The position numbers were made by a program, and so were the translations under genes. A stretch of DNA of 57,321 bases, the filler included, from Sluysia triapertura (lineage: Eukaryota): the NCBI GenBank assembly GCA_046118255.1. It is 4 parts of 4 records of this genome, joined end to end, with 100 filler letters (N's around TTAATTAATTAA, not from the genome) between each part and the next. Parts side by side here need not be neighbours in the genome. Positions count along the whole stretch, not along the records: positions 35,318 to 57,321 come from JBJNIA010236222.1; 3 more parts are not named here. One strand, 5' to 3'. Positions 37,339 to 51,289 of this stretch are shown one piece after another. Position 1 is the stretch's first letter, and each line of letters opens with the position of its first letter. Under the pieces are notes generated by a model, which was given only the letters and a program-made list of their open reading frames with translations, made no database searches and was not told the origin of the DNA.

Positions 37339-40300
37339 TCAACTATCTTCTTTTTGAGATGACCTGGGAGAAATTGACGAATAAAAACTGTTTGATTTCG
37401 ATTTCGACTTAGACTTTGAACATGATCGTGAATTAGATTTCGAGGACTTACTAGAATCAATCGATTTAGATCTACTGCGGGACTTTTGGCTTCTTTTGTA
37501 ATAATTTTTACCTCGTGATTTATCTTCTTCAATACGAATGTGAGAAGAGTGACCCTAAATGATAGGAAAGAGAACTTTGTTATTTTTATGGTCATATTTT
37601 CAAATTCCTGAAGTATCAACAATAATATAAAACACAATAATTACAAAATATTTTAGGTTTAATATTTGCATCTCGGAAATAAATTTTTTCAAAAGATTTC
37701 AAAAAAAACTTAACGAAATAGTGCCTCAACTTCAAATACGACATTTGGTCAGAAATAATACAGTCGAACTTCGGTTAATGAAGGCTTTTTGATTCGGTTT
37801 TTAAATATGAATTTTTTTAAAACGTTTCATTAATTCGTATGTTCTAAAATAAAACAACATACACGAAGGATCCTCACTAACGAGGTCCGCTAATAATTCA
37901 GAGAATAGTAATAGTCATTTATTATTTATTCTTTAATTAGTTAAACTCTAAAAGATTGTGTTTCTTTTGTATTTTTCAGGAAAAATTAAAATTTGATATG
38001 GTTTAAAAAAGTAAGTGACACAATGAAACAAAATAAATAATTTTACTATATATAAAAATGGAATCCGAATTCGATTTGTCAGACAAGTGAACAAATGTAA
38101 TTTAAAAAATAATTAAAGAAGCTTCAGTTGCGGCTACTTTTTAAATCGATTTTAAAGAAGTTCTTTAATTGAAGAAATGGAAAAGCTTCTGTTAATCTGC
38201 TTAAACCGGTTGAAATATAGTCACTCTCAATGCTTACCACGCCGCTATTATTTCAAAATTTCAATTATCCTAGACTCGAACTTCTAATAGATATAGGTAA
38301 AGTAGTGTCCGTAATCCCTAATACGTTATGCAAGAAAACATCACAACCAACACAATACTTAACAGCAGCTAATGGTTCATCGGTAGCGTTTTACGGATCC
38401 CATTTACCACAATTTAAGAAAAATTTTCAGTGTAATTTCGACATAGCTACAATCATCGACTCATACTAGGAGCCTCTTTCTTCGACCATTACAAAGTCCT
38501 GGTAGGCTGCAGGAACAAAACTTTAAAGGACAAATATCTCAAATAAATTTGGACCATGCTAGTGTAAATAAAGAAAACGTGATAACTTATAGTTAAATAA
38601 AATATCCAGATTTATTGAAAGAGTTTTCAGTATATCACAACTCAATTTCTGTCTATTTCATCAACACATTATTAACAGCACTTTGTAAATTACGACGTCG
38701 AGAGTTATCGCAAGGAGTTCGGGCGTAAGCTGAACAAGAATTCCTCGCTATGGAAAAGGGTTTGCGCGCCGATCTTCTTCCTCTTGGGCAATTAGGAACA
38801 ATTAGAACATGCGGTGACTATAGAATGTTAAATAAAGTCACAATTCTTGACGCATATCCAATGCCATTAAAACCCGATATCTTACATTGTTTTTCCGGCT
38901 GCTCAGTATTTTCGTCAATTGATCTGGCAGAAGCCTATCACCAAATCCCGATGCAATCCGAAGACTGCAGTAACTACACCTCTCGGTTTATTCGAATACA
39001 TGTGAATGCCGTTTACTCTTCGAACGGACCACATATTCTCTATGAAAAATCCTTCAATTTCGATAAAACATATCCCAGGACAGGAAAATGTGGTCACTGA
39101 CGCCTTGTCCCGAGTTGGAATCAACAGTATTGCATTCCAAACAATGTTCACGATCGAAGATTTAAAAGGTGATCCTCCTTCTGCAGAAGACTTATCTATG
39201 TTCAGCTCAACACTGATGACCTACAAAGGAGTTTATTTCGATCACCAATTGTCAGGATTTTGCGACCAATTTTAGGTTGATTTGATTTTATCCACAATCC
39301 AACGCAGTAAGGGGTAAAATCTACCCGTGAAGTACTAAAATCAAAGGTTATCTGGCTTTTATGCGGGATGTGAAACTCTGGACCAAATCATGCTTAACTT
39401 ACCAAGCAGTAAAGACCTATAAGCATACTAAGCCAGAGATTCTTCGACACCATGCATATGGACATTGTCGATCCATTACCGAATTCAAAAGGCTACCCAT
39501 ACATCCTGACAAATATCGACCGACATAACCGTTGGCCAGAGGCGTATCCTCTGTGTTCCATTCAACAGAGACAATATCTAATATCTTGGTAACACAATGG
39601 ATTTCGAGATTACCTATCAAGGCAGATAATTCGAATCAGAATTATTCAATAATTTATTAAAACTCGAGATTAAGAACCACAGCCTATCATCCTCAATCAA
39701 ATGGAATGATAGAACTTCACTCCGAGCCCTTTCAATCAAACTCAACTGGTTGAATGCGCTGCCTCTAACATCCCACCCTCTTCAATAGTATATTCTCCAG
39801 CTCAAATCGTTTTCCGTACTAATACTAGATTACCACACTAATTATTTGACATTCTCCCGGCATCTGCAAGACTATTTCAAAGAATTAGACAATACACCAG
39901 AACAATTTGATGTGGACTGAAAAAGTAAGTGACGCTGAAGCAGAATAAATAATTTTGTATATAAAAATGGAAAGTGAACAAATGTAATTTAAGGCAAAAA
40001 ATAATTAAATCTTCAGTTGCGGCTGCAGTGAGGACAATGATATATCGATTTCAACGAAGTTCTTTAATTGAAGAAATGGAAAAGCTTCTAATTATATGGA
40101 TAAATAAGCGTTAAATTTCTGCTGATTTTATGTCTTAAATTGGATCATTTGTAAAAATTTGAAGAAAAATATCAGCACCAAATAAAGCAAATAGAATTCA
40201 AATGGAAACGGAAGATAATGTAAAATTTAAAGTTTAATTAGATGTGGAGCCAGTTCAAATAAGAAAGATAATAAGAAATTTGTAATAGATCATTACTAAG

Positions 40301-43300
40301 TTTAATTGTGATTAGTGTGATTCTTTGGAAACTGAACAAATTTATAGAAATATATACCTATGAAAGATAGATTAACACTTATTTTGTCTAATGCAATGTT
40401 ACACCAATATGAGTCTGCCATTCTAAGGCATGAAGAATATTCAAAAAGTTGTTTTCGAACACTAAAACAACAATCTGTATCATCTACAACTGATCAGCAA
40501 AAAAAGGACAAATTCCAACTATTAAAGAGGTATAGCATGAATGATAATATTAATGCAACTTCAACTATAAAACTTTAAGTTTAGCTATTAGTGACAAAAA
40601 TTGAAGATAAAATATATTACTCGATTTTTATGGGAAATTAAATGATGCAAATTATAAACAAGAGCAAAAAGAAAATAATTTATAAGTTAACATTTTAAGG
40701 ATGAAGATGCAGTGGCAGTAAAAGTAGACATGCTTACTTGGAATTAGGTTTTGATTGGATTTTTGTGAAAACATAACGAAATTCAATTTAATACTCAACT
40801 TTTATATATCAAATATATGGTGTCACAAATGTTTATATAGGTTACAAAAATAAGCTTATATTAAACACATATGCTGTCTTGTTATTTTATGGTGATTTTA
40901 AATCGTGTTTAACTGATGACACAAACCTCTTTCGGCTGGTCTGTTAATTCTTCGACAATTACTAAAATTATAAATTATATCGTTGGCTTAATAAATCAAA
41001 GGATTGAGACAGAAATGTCAAAAAATATCTACTTTTATAATTTATAATTTGCAAAAACATTCAGAAACCAAAAATATTCTTATTTTTAACCTTAGAGACA
41101 TTTTATATTAACAAATAATTACAATAAATAATAACCATAATTATAAAATATAAACCAACACTAGCGGATTTAAATTTAATATTATTAACATATTTAATGA
41201 CGTATTTAAAATCTTCTTTAACTACAAAATCACAAACTCCGGTACCATTTGGAAATACATCTGAATAACTGACTTCACCATATCGTCTCATAAAATCTTT
41301 TAAATCTTGCCAATTGGTATTTGCTGGTAAATTGTATAATAATACGCGGTAGTCAGAATTTCGTGGCGGCCTAGGTCGTCGATTTGATCTAGAATGTGTC
41401 AATTAATTTGTTAGGTTATAGCACTTACCATCCTCATTTGAGGAAATATAATTATAATAAAATAAAATTATAAGATATTATCTACTTACTAAATTAAATA
41501 GATAATAATAACTAAACAATATATTTTAAAATATAAAAATAAAATTACTATTTTCAAATAATTACTTACTTACAAAAGTAAGTATTAAAGAAAAATTAAT
41601 TTTATTTTAGCATATAGAACGTGACACGATAGAAACTGGTATATATCACCTTCACAATATAGTTTCACTATTTATATTAATTGTAGCACCAATCAATAAT
41701 TCGTCACCATCTTGTTCTATTTGTTCCAACTATTTATATAATCTAGTAAGTTTAATTCAATTGTAAGGCGGTTTATATTAGTCGAAACATTTAAAATAGT
41801 ATTTGTAAGTTTATTTCCAGATTTAGTGAACACTAAAATCCTTATTAAAATTCATCTGTTATATATATTGCTGTCCTCACTACAATAAATCCACTTTTAT
41901 GATTTTTAATTAGATTTAATTATTCTTGAAATTATATTCATCTGTAACTTCTAAATTTTTGTATTGAAAATATTAAATACGTATATTTTGTGCATAATTT
42001 GGTGTAAATTAGTATCACACTATAAAATTTAATATCAACATTAAGTAGTGACTACTATTTAAAACAACTATTTGAAAATTATATAAGAAAATTTTAAGCA
42101 ACCTATCAAGGATTCGAAGTCAAAGTTAAGATAAATTCACATATTCATAATTGTAATTACAGACACGCTTATTGTACGTTTTAAGTCGACCGGACACTGC
42201 TAAAACTTATTTGATAGGCACAAACCATAGAAAATTTAATTGCAAAAATGTTGAAATTTTATTCGATATATATTAGATTTTGAATCGAATCATAATTATT
42301 TAATTATTATTAATTATTATCAGATCTTGCTTGTGAACTTGCCGGATGAATGTAAAGTCGTTATTAAATTTTATGAATGCTCTGCTCTAAACCATTTTGG
42401 AAACAAATAATGGTCAAATTCAAAAAGATTATTTAATAATTTCTTTGTTTTATCAATTATTATTAATAAATTATTAATTATTTCTTTGCTTAATTCTGTA
42501 AATGAGCTTAATCATAATAGCTTTATTTCTTTTATCTGACTACTATTTAGGTCAGAATAGATGAATTGGTAATCAGGAATGTATTCTAATTGAACTATAC
42601 CTTCAAAATTCCACCAAACACACAAATTATGACTTTTTAGACCAATATCGTCATTATCTCACCATTCTTTTTCACTTTCTTTGCTATGATAATATACTAT
42701 CCATTTTTCGTAACTTTTTTAAAACATTCAAATCATTTAAGCATTCCAACAAATATATAATCTTTTTCTTGGATTTTCATCGATATTTTGTGATATTTAT
42801 TAGTCTTTCCTGATACATTCGATAGAGATGTAAAGTTATAATTTTATATAAAAATTATTCATGTTTTACTATAACTTATTATTTATATTTTAATATTTTA
42901 TATTTTTATTTTTTATACTTTATGTGTTTTAGAAAGAATTAAAATATTATTAAAAATCACAAATTATTATAATTATAATTAAAAATTATAATAAAAAACT
43001 ACATCAAAAATTGGAATTGAAAAATTAAATTTAAGAAAAAGAATAATCTGGAAACTATTTGTGCTTTTATCAATCAAAAAATTAAATATGAGTCTTTATG
43101 TCAAAAATTAATATATAAATGGATATTATTAACAAAGACTTCACAGCAGACAAATAAAGCTCATAACAGAAAAATAAAGTTAACGCCATAATCGATAAAC
43201 AAAGGAAGATACCACAAAGAAGATAACGTTAACAGACAAATAAAGCATCATTATATTCGACAACAAATCTACTGCAAGTGTTTACATTAGATTAGCGCAA

Positions 43301-46300
43301 CACCCGACAACAGTTTCAACAGCAGCGGAATTCTATTGATTGTGGCCAACAATTTATATTTAAAAATTTCAATTAGTAAGTCTAATTTTTATAGATTGAA
43401 CTCGAATAGAGTCATAAAATCTTACGTAAAATATCCTATTCCCGTTGGTCCTTAAAGCCAATGATAAAATCATTTTTAAATTAATTAAAATTTCTAGCCG
43501 AGCCTCTAGTAGACTAGGTCTTTTTAAAATGAAAAATACTTTATTGTTATTATTATTATTTTTGATTATATTATTAAACTAATTGAATTTTTAGACATTT
43601 TGTTGTTAATTGAATATTTATTCTTACGTTAATATTGTTGTCATCTTAATATTTTTATAATAAATATTGAAGTGTTCATCATTTAATTTTGGATAATTGA
43701 ATATTTAGAGTATTGATTATTTAAGTAAATAATTTTCTAATAAGATAACGTTTAGCATAAGTGTATATTAAAGCACATTAGATTTTTAAAGATTTCAAAT
43801 ATACCAATAGAAAGGTTATTTGACAAAATAGTTTTATTGAAATAATCCACGTATTTCAACGAATTTTTTTATCTAATGATTTTTACTTTATTATTTCACG
43901 TATCTAGAGCCACGCCATTCGTAAGTCGTGTATTGTAGACGAACCTTTTTATTCCATTTTGCTGATTTAGTAAGGTTAAGATATTGTATGAATCACTAGG
44001 AACTGGATTTGTTTCAGCAAAGGTCTTTAGGTATCTAAATCTGTGATATCTAAGCGTGAAAATCTTTCTTTATCATTAAACTCTGAACATCAAAGCTTTC
44101 TACTTGCATATCAATCTACATTTACATTAAATAAATCATTTTGTATAATAATGTCGAAACAATTTATGTATTACAAGTTTCTATCTCTGTTTCAATTAAA
44201 TTAAATAATCAAAAAATATAAAATGCCATCTTTGAAATGATGTACTGTTTTTTTGATATTTTTCATGTTATATCAATTTAAAAATTGTATTTTAAAAAAA
44301 TACTCAATAATTTCTATATATGGAAAAACCCGATGTATTAGTCACAATTCTTGTTTAGTCATACGTATATTTCAGAATTATGAAACAACCAATTATTTTA
44401 AGGGGTGCATTTTATTTACAAGTTTAAGTTATTTAAAGTAAAAATTTGAAAATGTCTCCTAAAAATAGGATTAAATAGTCATTTCTTTAATATAGATAAT
44501 TTTTATCTAGATTATTATAGGATTGGTGTCTCTAATTCAGTTTTAAAGGTGAATAATAATTAAATAATTATTATAATGGAATTTCTGAAATGTCTATAGT
44601 TTAAATCTATTATGAAGTTTAAGACAATACTAATAATCATCAGGTAAAATTACGCTAGTATTCTAAATTTTAAGTAAAATGTTGAAATGAAAAATGATTC
44701 CATAATAAATAAAAATCTAGTATTCTTGTTTTTTTTATTGTTGTTCGATTTATTATATCAAAATCTGTTAAAAGCATTATTAAAACAAGAATGACCTACA
44801 TGTAAATTTATATACTATATATAAAGTACAATTAAAGATCCAGGAAAAGCACCAATTGATAACTAGACATTCTTTATGATTTAACCCTTACATACATGAT
44901 TTTTATTAGTCAAGAATTTACCTTTGAAACATTATCTATCAGTGGTTGACATTTAAATATTTTCGAGATAATAATATTCATAGCACCTTTATTTTTTTTA
45001 TCGAACTTTTACTGAATACAAATTATTGATATGTAGCCATTTATCTGTATGGATGTAACGTGTAATTTAAAGAGGTTATTACAAGGTTTAAAATGATAAC
45101 CAAATAATCTGTCCAAGTTAGAATATAAATTTTCTAATTTCTTTACTTTCTACATATAATAAATAAAAAATTGAAGTTTAAAATTTAATATTATGAAAAG
45201 AAATATCAAAATAAAATTTTTCATCACTCTTATAAAACTAGATTCACATTTATTTTTGGAGCATGACTCATGACCCTTTTAAACATAAATTAAATAATTC
45301 TCCTTAAATATTTTTTCTGTGACGCTACATAAAACGCATAATGCAGAAAACTACCAAACGCAAGATGTCCCATCAAAAATCTGTTTTCAAAAATGTTAAA
45401 TATTTATCCAAGGACTATAAATTAGTTGAGCTAGTTACCCGAAACATAACATCCCAACTAAAATATGCATCTCCTTTGCTACATTTCTTTAAGCCAAAGA
45501 ATACAATTGCTTAGATGATTGTGAAATGCATCAAACTTGATCAATTTTCGAGCTGCAGCCGCTACTTCAACGTGATGTTGATCATAATTAAATTCATCAC
45601 TCCTAATGCCACTTAATTCCTAATTCACTTTTAAAATTCACAATATTTCAATTTCCCTAATGTTTGTTCTACTTTCTTCCTGAATTATTCCAGGATCTCT
45701 TCTTCATCATTTTCAATTGCTTCCCATCCAGAGCGCAGCCGAATAATTGTTTATAAACGCAGTTTTAATTTTGTCACGTTTAACAACCATAATAAACCAA
45801 AAGTATGCTTAATTCATTATCACATTAGACCTTAACCTTCATTTAACCATTTAAGTCTATTTAATGCTTAATAAATAGCTCTTGGAAAACTTAATTTGGT
45901 TTTTTGTTTATACAATAAACTGTTATCAGGTAAAAATATCTAACATATCAAATTAAAAGTAAAAACAATGAAACAAACGTAAATCACAAGATTACAATAT
46001 TTTAAAAAAATTGTAAATTCCAAACGCTACAAAAAATTTTAGAACTGATAATACCAAAAATAATTATTCAGACAAACGTGAAACATAACTAGCTTACTAT
46101 TTAAAAATTGTACAAGATATCAAATTTACCTGTGTGACGCATTGTTAATCCAATATGAGAATATTGGTGACTAACATATTATTTACTAAAAGTGAAATAA
46201 TTATATAAAATGTTTAAAAACTGGTTCTTTTGACATTAGCCAATACATTCATATAATTGTGTCAAACATGTTTTCTCAACATTTTTTCTGAATCAACTGA

Positions 46301-47562
46301 TTGATTAAGAGTAATAACATTATCGACAACTTATTTAAATGTCAATAAATTTACATTGACAGCTCATTAAATTCACACAAATGCTTAAATATAATTTAAC
46401 ATAAATTAAGGACACAAATCGAAGATATAATTAGTTTATCATGTGCAACTAATAATTCTGAAGCAATTTAAACATTAAATTCAGATTTAGTAAGTGCCAG
46501 TGCATAATGATCCGTATCAAATTCATTGTATTTGAAATATATAAATTTTATTAAATATTAAGTAATATAAAACTTAATTTTAAATACTGAAAATTGCTCT
46601 AACGTTCATTCAATAAAATATTTTAAAATATTTACTTAATTGAATGTCAAAAACAACTGTATACACTTGAATAATTTCTCAGCTTAAATAAAATTGTATT
46701 TTTATGTTATATTAAATCAAATAATTCTTTTCATAAACAAAAAACTTAAATTACCGACCTATTATGTATAATAAACAAACCATAATAAATTCTTTATAAC
46801 CATTTTAACACCTCACGATTACTACCTATTATCGTCAAATAATATTATATCTATTAAAACGTATTATCAGATGTTTCTAAGCATTTCTCCAATTCATTTA
46901 AAAATATGCATGCTTGAGATACAATAACATATTTGGAATGGGAAACGTGATACAAAACAAGCATAGTATAAATAAGTCTAAAGCAAATTATTTATCGATA
47001 GAATTAAAATGTATGCATCTTTCTAATTTAATGTCGATATTAAAGTATATTAAAAATGAATTATTTACCTGAAATTAATGTTATTATGATTATGAAAACG
47101 AGCCATATTACGATAATCATTGTAATAAGCACCAGTAGATGGGTAATATCCAAATGGTGTTGGTATATACATTTCGTATGGTACAAAATGGCCACTATTA
47201 CTACTACTACCACCACTGCGTCTGTTATCTGAACCGTGATCAAACCTTGGATCTCTATTGTCATGACGACGTGAAGTATTTCTCTTAAGATCTCGAGGAA
47301 ATTCAACTCGCAAAGAAAATCCATCTAAATCATAACCATCACGATCACGTACAGCATCTTCAGCATCACTAAAATATTTATTTAATAAAACTTAATAGAA
47401 ACAAAACCGCTTATCATCAAATACTAAAAAAGCAAAAGGTGGTCCATTGCGATTTTTAATATCTATATCAACAATTTTTCCGAATGAATTGAATAATTTT
47501 TCTAAATCTTTTGTTGTCGTATCTGGGGGTAAATTACCAACGTAAATTTTTCTGTCAGACAT
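37339..47562 (-). CDS. SRSF1: SR splicing factor of the SRSF1(ASF/SF2)/SRSF9 family; exons 47562-47408, 47368-47069, 41388-41160, 37554-37339
   Basis: RRM1 reads [46 protein letters not shown]|[25 protein letters not shown]. The pseudo-RRM reads [29 protein letters not shown]. It continues KFKSAS|[11 protein letters not shown] into an RS/KS tail. All four exons are phase-consistent with GT-AG introns (39 nt, ~5.7 kb, ~3.6 kb). Confidence 0.93.
38006..38195 (+). mobile_element. pogo/Tigger transposase N-terminal fragment, copy 1
   Basis: [21 protein letters not shown] is the start of a CENP-B-type HTH. A TA|CAGTCGAACTTCG TIR-like end lies upstream at 37761. Confidence 0.55.
38230..39900 (+). 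mobile_element. Internally deleted Ty3/Gypsy pol remnant, antisense within SR intron 3
   Basis: Protease-like LLIDIG..LTAANGS; [21 protein letters not shown] and [15 protein letters not shown]; RNase H end [17 protein letters not shown]; integrase HMDIVDPLP and [14 protein letters not shown]. Many frameshifts. Confidence 0.9.
39920..40130 (+). mobile_element. pogo/Tigger transposase N-terminal fragment, copy 2
   Basis: Direct repeat of 38006-38190, extending to [20 protein letters not shown]. Confidence 0.6.
42480..42830 (-). mobile_element. Degenerate mariner catalytic-domain remnant in SR intron 2
   Basis: YEKWIVY (DEKW.Y motif) and KVII../[15 protein letters not shown] (VWW..G.V..E motif) in shifted frames. 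Confidence 0.7.
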
Positions 47563-48302
47563 ATTTAAATCAATTTAATTTTTATTGATATACTTTTTAA
47601 ATAGTAAATTAACTGTAGCAATACCGATGTTAGTCAGAAAATAATTTTTTAGATAAAATATCACAAGTAATATTGAGTTATAATAAATTTTAATGTTGTA
47701 ATTTATTATTTTACAAAAACTCACAATTTATTATAGGTTAATTTTTAAAAAATAACTCTCTATTATAGAATAATAATAATATATTAATTTATATTGCGCT
47801 CGTATCTACTGCGTAAGTACTCAAAAGCGCTTAAGGTAAGTCATTCACCATAATTTTATGAAACGGAAAGAAAAATGTCTTAAATATTTCATAATCTTAC
47901 AGTAATTTGACGTTCTCTGGTAACTGGTTGTATATTTGGAGACAAACGGATACACAACCTATCACCTATCTTGTTATCACTCTGGATTATCATGCCTCAA
48001 TGAAATATTCATCTTGGTTTCCAATTTTCGTATTATTTCTAAAAGATATCGGGGACTTCCGTAATGTAAGCATTTGTAAATTATTGTCATGATTTTGAAT
48101 TCTTTTCTTTCTTTTATTGGCAACCAATATAATTCTTTAAGATAAGGTGTTATATGACATCTTCCAACTTGGAGAATTAGTCTTTGTTAGGTTGTCATCA
48201 CAACCCTAACAAAAATGTCTTAATTGATTAAATTAAAAAATGGCCTACGCTCAGAGATAAGAGCTTATGTAAGTTTGATCGATAATTTAGCTTTTAAGGA
48301 TA

Positions 48303-49941
48303 TTGTTAAAAAATTATTGGGGCATCGAGAGATCTCGAGCCGAAGAAAAAGATAATATAAGTTACATAAGTGATAATTACGATAATTATAAAAATAGAAA
48401 CTTTAAGAAAATAGGGTCTCCAAGGTCTGAACAAAAGGTTATGAATTTCAATGATAGATATAATAATTTAGAATATGGAGCATTTAACTCAGTTAATCAT
48501 AGAGGAAATAATTTTAAGAGTAACAATTTTAATAGAGGCAATAATTATAGAACGAATAATTATGAAGATCCTGGTTGAACTGGAAATAATATTAATTATA
48601 GAGGAAATAACTATCAGGCCTCTAGAAATAATAACAATTTTGGTTTTAAGAGTAATAATAAGAACATAGGTTTTGGTGACTATGAACAAAGACCTTCACC
48701 AAGAAGGCAAAGTTATGCTAGTGAAAATTTTAATAGACAAAATAATAGTAATAACACTATACATAGGAGTCCTGTAAAGTTTAATAATATTAATAGTATC
48801 CTTAAGACTCAAACAAACATAAAGGGAAATGTAAAATGCAGTCATTATGCTAGGAATTTTAGGAAGTTAAGATCCAATAATTTTAATCAAAATCTTATTA
48901 AAGTGTAAGATTACACAAGTGGAGCAAGTTCTGATAGAAAAGTAAGGTTCAATGAAAGTAAGAATAAGAATAAGGGACAAATAAATTATAATTATAATAA
49001 AATACAAAATGATTACAATAATTATGATGAAGGTGCGTATGGAGATTACGATTATGGAGAAGAAGACTGTAGGAGAGAAGGATTATACTATTATAATAAC
49101 AATGGATTTATTAATGAATTTTCTAGAATAAAACTAGACGGTGATGATGATGATGATGATGAAAAGGAAGATAGATATAACAGACAGAAAGAAGAAGAAG
49201 ATGCATTCATACATTATATGTATGAATATTATCTTAATTATTTAAAACGAAAGGAAGAGTTAAAAGATAAGGAGTTCGGGAATAAAAAGATTACATCTAC
49301 GATAAATAATAAAAACAAATAGATAATGATAGTGACAGTTCAAATTTAACATCAGATGAAAATACCGATACCGATTCGATTATAACTGAGAAAAATGATT
49401 CAAATAATAGTACCGAATAGATACAACACATACAGAATCACCAACAAGTGATTATCCCGAAACAAGTTCGACAATAAGTGAAGCTGAAAGTTCGAGTATA
49501 AGTGAATGTAAAAATTTAAATACAAGTGAAGATATTAATTCGAACGTAAGTGACGAAGTCAGTGTAGAAAGTGAACGTGAAGCGGAACCAATAATAGTAT
49601 CTGTCAACGAAGAGAAGAAAATAAGTGCACCAGAATTAAATACAAATAAAGAAGTTATTACATTCCTTCTAGGTTTAAGTCAAGACTTACTAGATACAGA
49701 AAATATCGAAAATGATTTAGAAAATTTATATAAATCGAACTTAAGTTTGCAAGATGGTCATAAAATTAAGTCTAACTTAGTTGCATTAAGTAGAGGAAAT
49801 AGTCATAAAGGTAAGGCACGAAAGATATTAAAGAAAATTGCATTATTAGTGAGAACCGAAACACCAAAAGCCTTAATGAATGTTAATGATGCAATAAATA
49901 TAATAATGGAACTACCTGAGTTAAGGAAGTTATGGAGTTAA
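48303..49941 (+). pseudogene. Putative gag-region ORF remnant (N/R/G-rich NYRGNN repeats, then acidic and S/E-rich tracts)
   Basis: Purine-rich, coding-like strand with in-frame stops and frameshifts, upstream of pol. No CCHC knuckle recognised. Confidence 0.45.
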
Positions 49942-51289
49942 TTAAAATAAATGATCCTAATTCTACTTTTGTAACTTTGTGTTTTCATGATAGAAATTTG
50001 GCGCCCGATGAATTTTAGTGAGTATGATTACCCTCTTGGAATTGTTGTGTCTTTAATACTTTTATTTTACAAATTATTAATCAAAACTCAATAACTAAAC
50101 AAATTCTTTGAATAATCATAAAATTATAATTAAAAGATATAAATTATTCTTTATGACAACGACAATACAAAATACACGTTATAACACTTTATAACAGTAT
50201 TTTTTATAACAGTATTATTTTTTATAACAACGTAAAAAACCAGGGGTGATACAACTTAAATCTTTGCTCCCGTATTAATGCAAAATATACTCAATAAAAT
50301 ACTAACCCTAGGTCCTCTAACTCTAAATATTTATGTTGATATCACCGTTAACCACAGATGTATCAAACATGGTCCCTCAGCTAGAAAGTTTTAGTAACTC
50401 AAATCTAATTTATATCTCTGTCGTTTATCTCTAATATTATGAAACTGCATATGCATCAGTTTTATGATGCTGTAGGAAATTAAAATCAAGAATTGAACAA
50501 GATGGAAATTAAAGCTGTCTTTTCTCTTTTAGTCGGCAATAAGCCGACTAATTTTACTGATTGAATTTCGGCAGCAATTTCCGTCTATGTTCATATTCAA
50601 TCTAATTTTAATTATCTAATGATTATAGGATTATCTTCTTAACATCACCTAATCAAAATTTAAAATCATTGTTACATTGCTATTATACCAAGAACGTAAT
50701 TTGTCAACTTAATCTGAAAATAAAATTTATAAAATAAATAAATAAATAAAATAAAATTTATAAAATAATAAATCCATTTCTCACAGGAGTATTTTTCATT
50801 AATATGTTTAAAACCTTTCAAAGTATCACCCGATAATTGTAGGGATGCATTTGAAACTGGTTAAATAAACTTAAATAAAAGAGATAAGTTAAGAATAAAG
50901 GATAATGAAAAAATAATTTACAATGTAAGGACTTCAAGGAATGTATTACTAGATGGAACATGTGAAAGAGGTTCCATAGAATATGAAGGTAAAATATATC
51001 ATATTGTAGTTGCACAAGAAACCTACGTAGTAAATCTAAAATCTTTTAATGAGAGTTTTGATATAGAAAAATGCACTATGATGTCACGTTCTTTTTGTAA
51101 GATAGATCAGACTAACTGTGATACAGGGGAATAAATATTACTCTACGAATTAAATAAATTTCAGTGACCGTTAATATTTTTAAAAGAAATTAATCTTAAT
51201 CTTGTATCGGGATTTGTATTTCAGAACGATTAAGATAAAGAAAATTTAGAAAGACAAAGACTGAAAGAAGTAGAAACAACTGCGATTCT

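Noticed and set aside
37332-37637. ORF-track 101-aa protein
   Set aside because: Wrong frame. The real exon (37554-37339) encodes the RS/KS tail of the SR protein.
45350-45780. GC-richer minus-strand stretch within SR intron 2
   Set aside because: Multiple stops and no identifiable motif. It is probably a TE relic.
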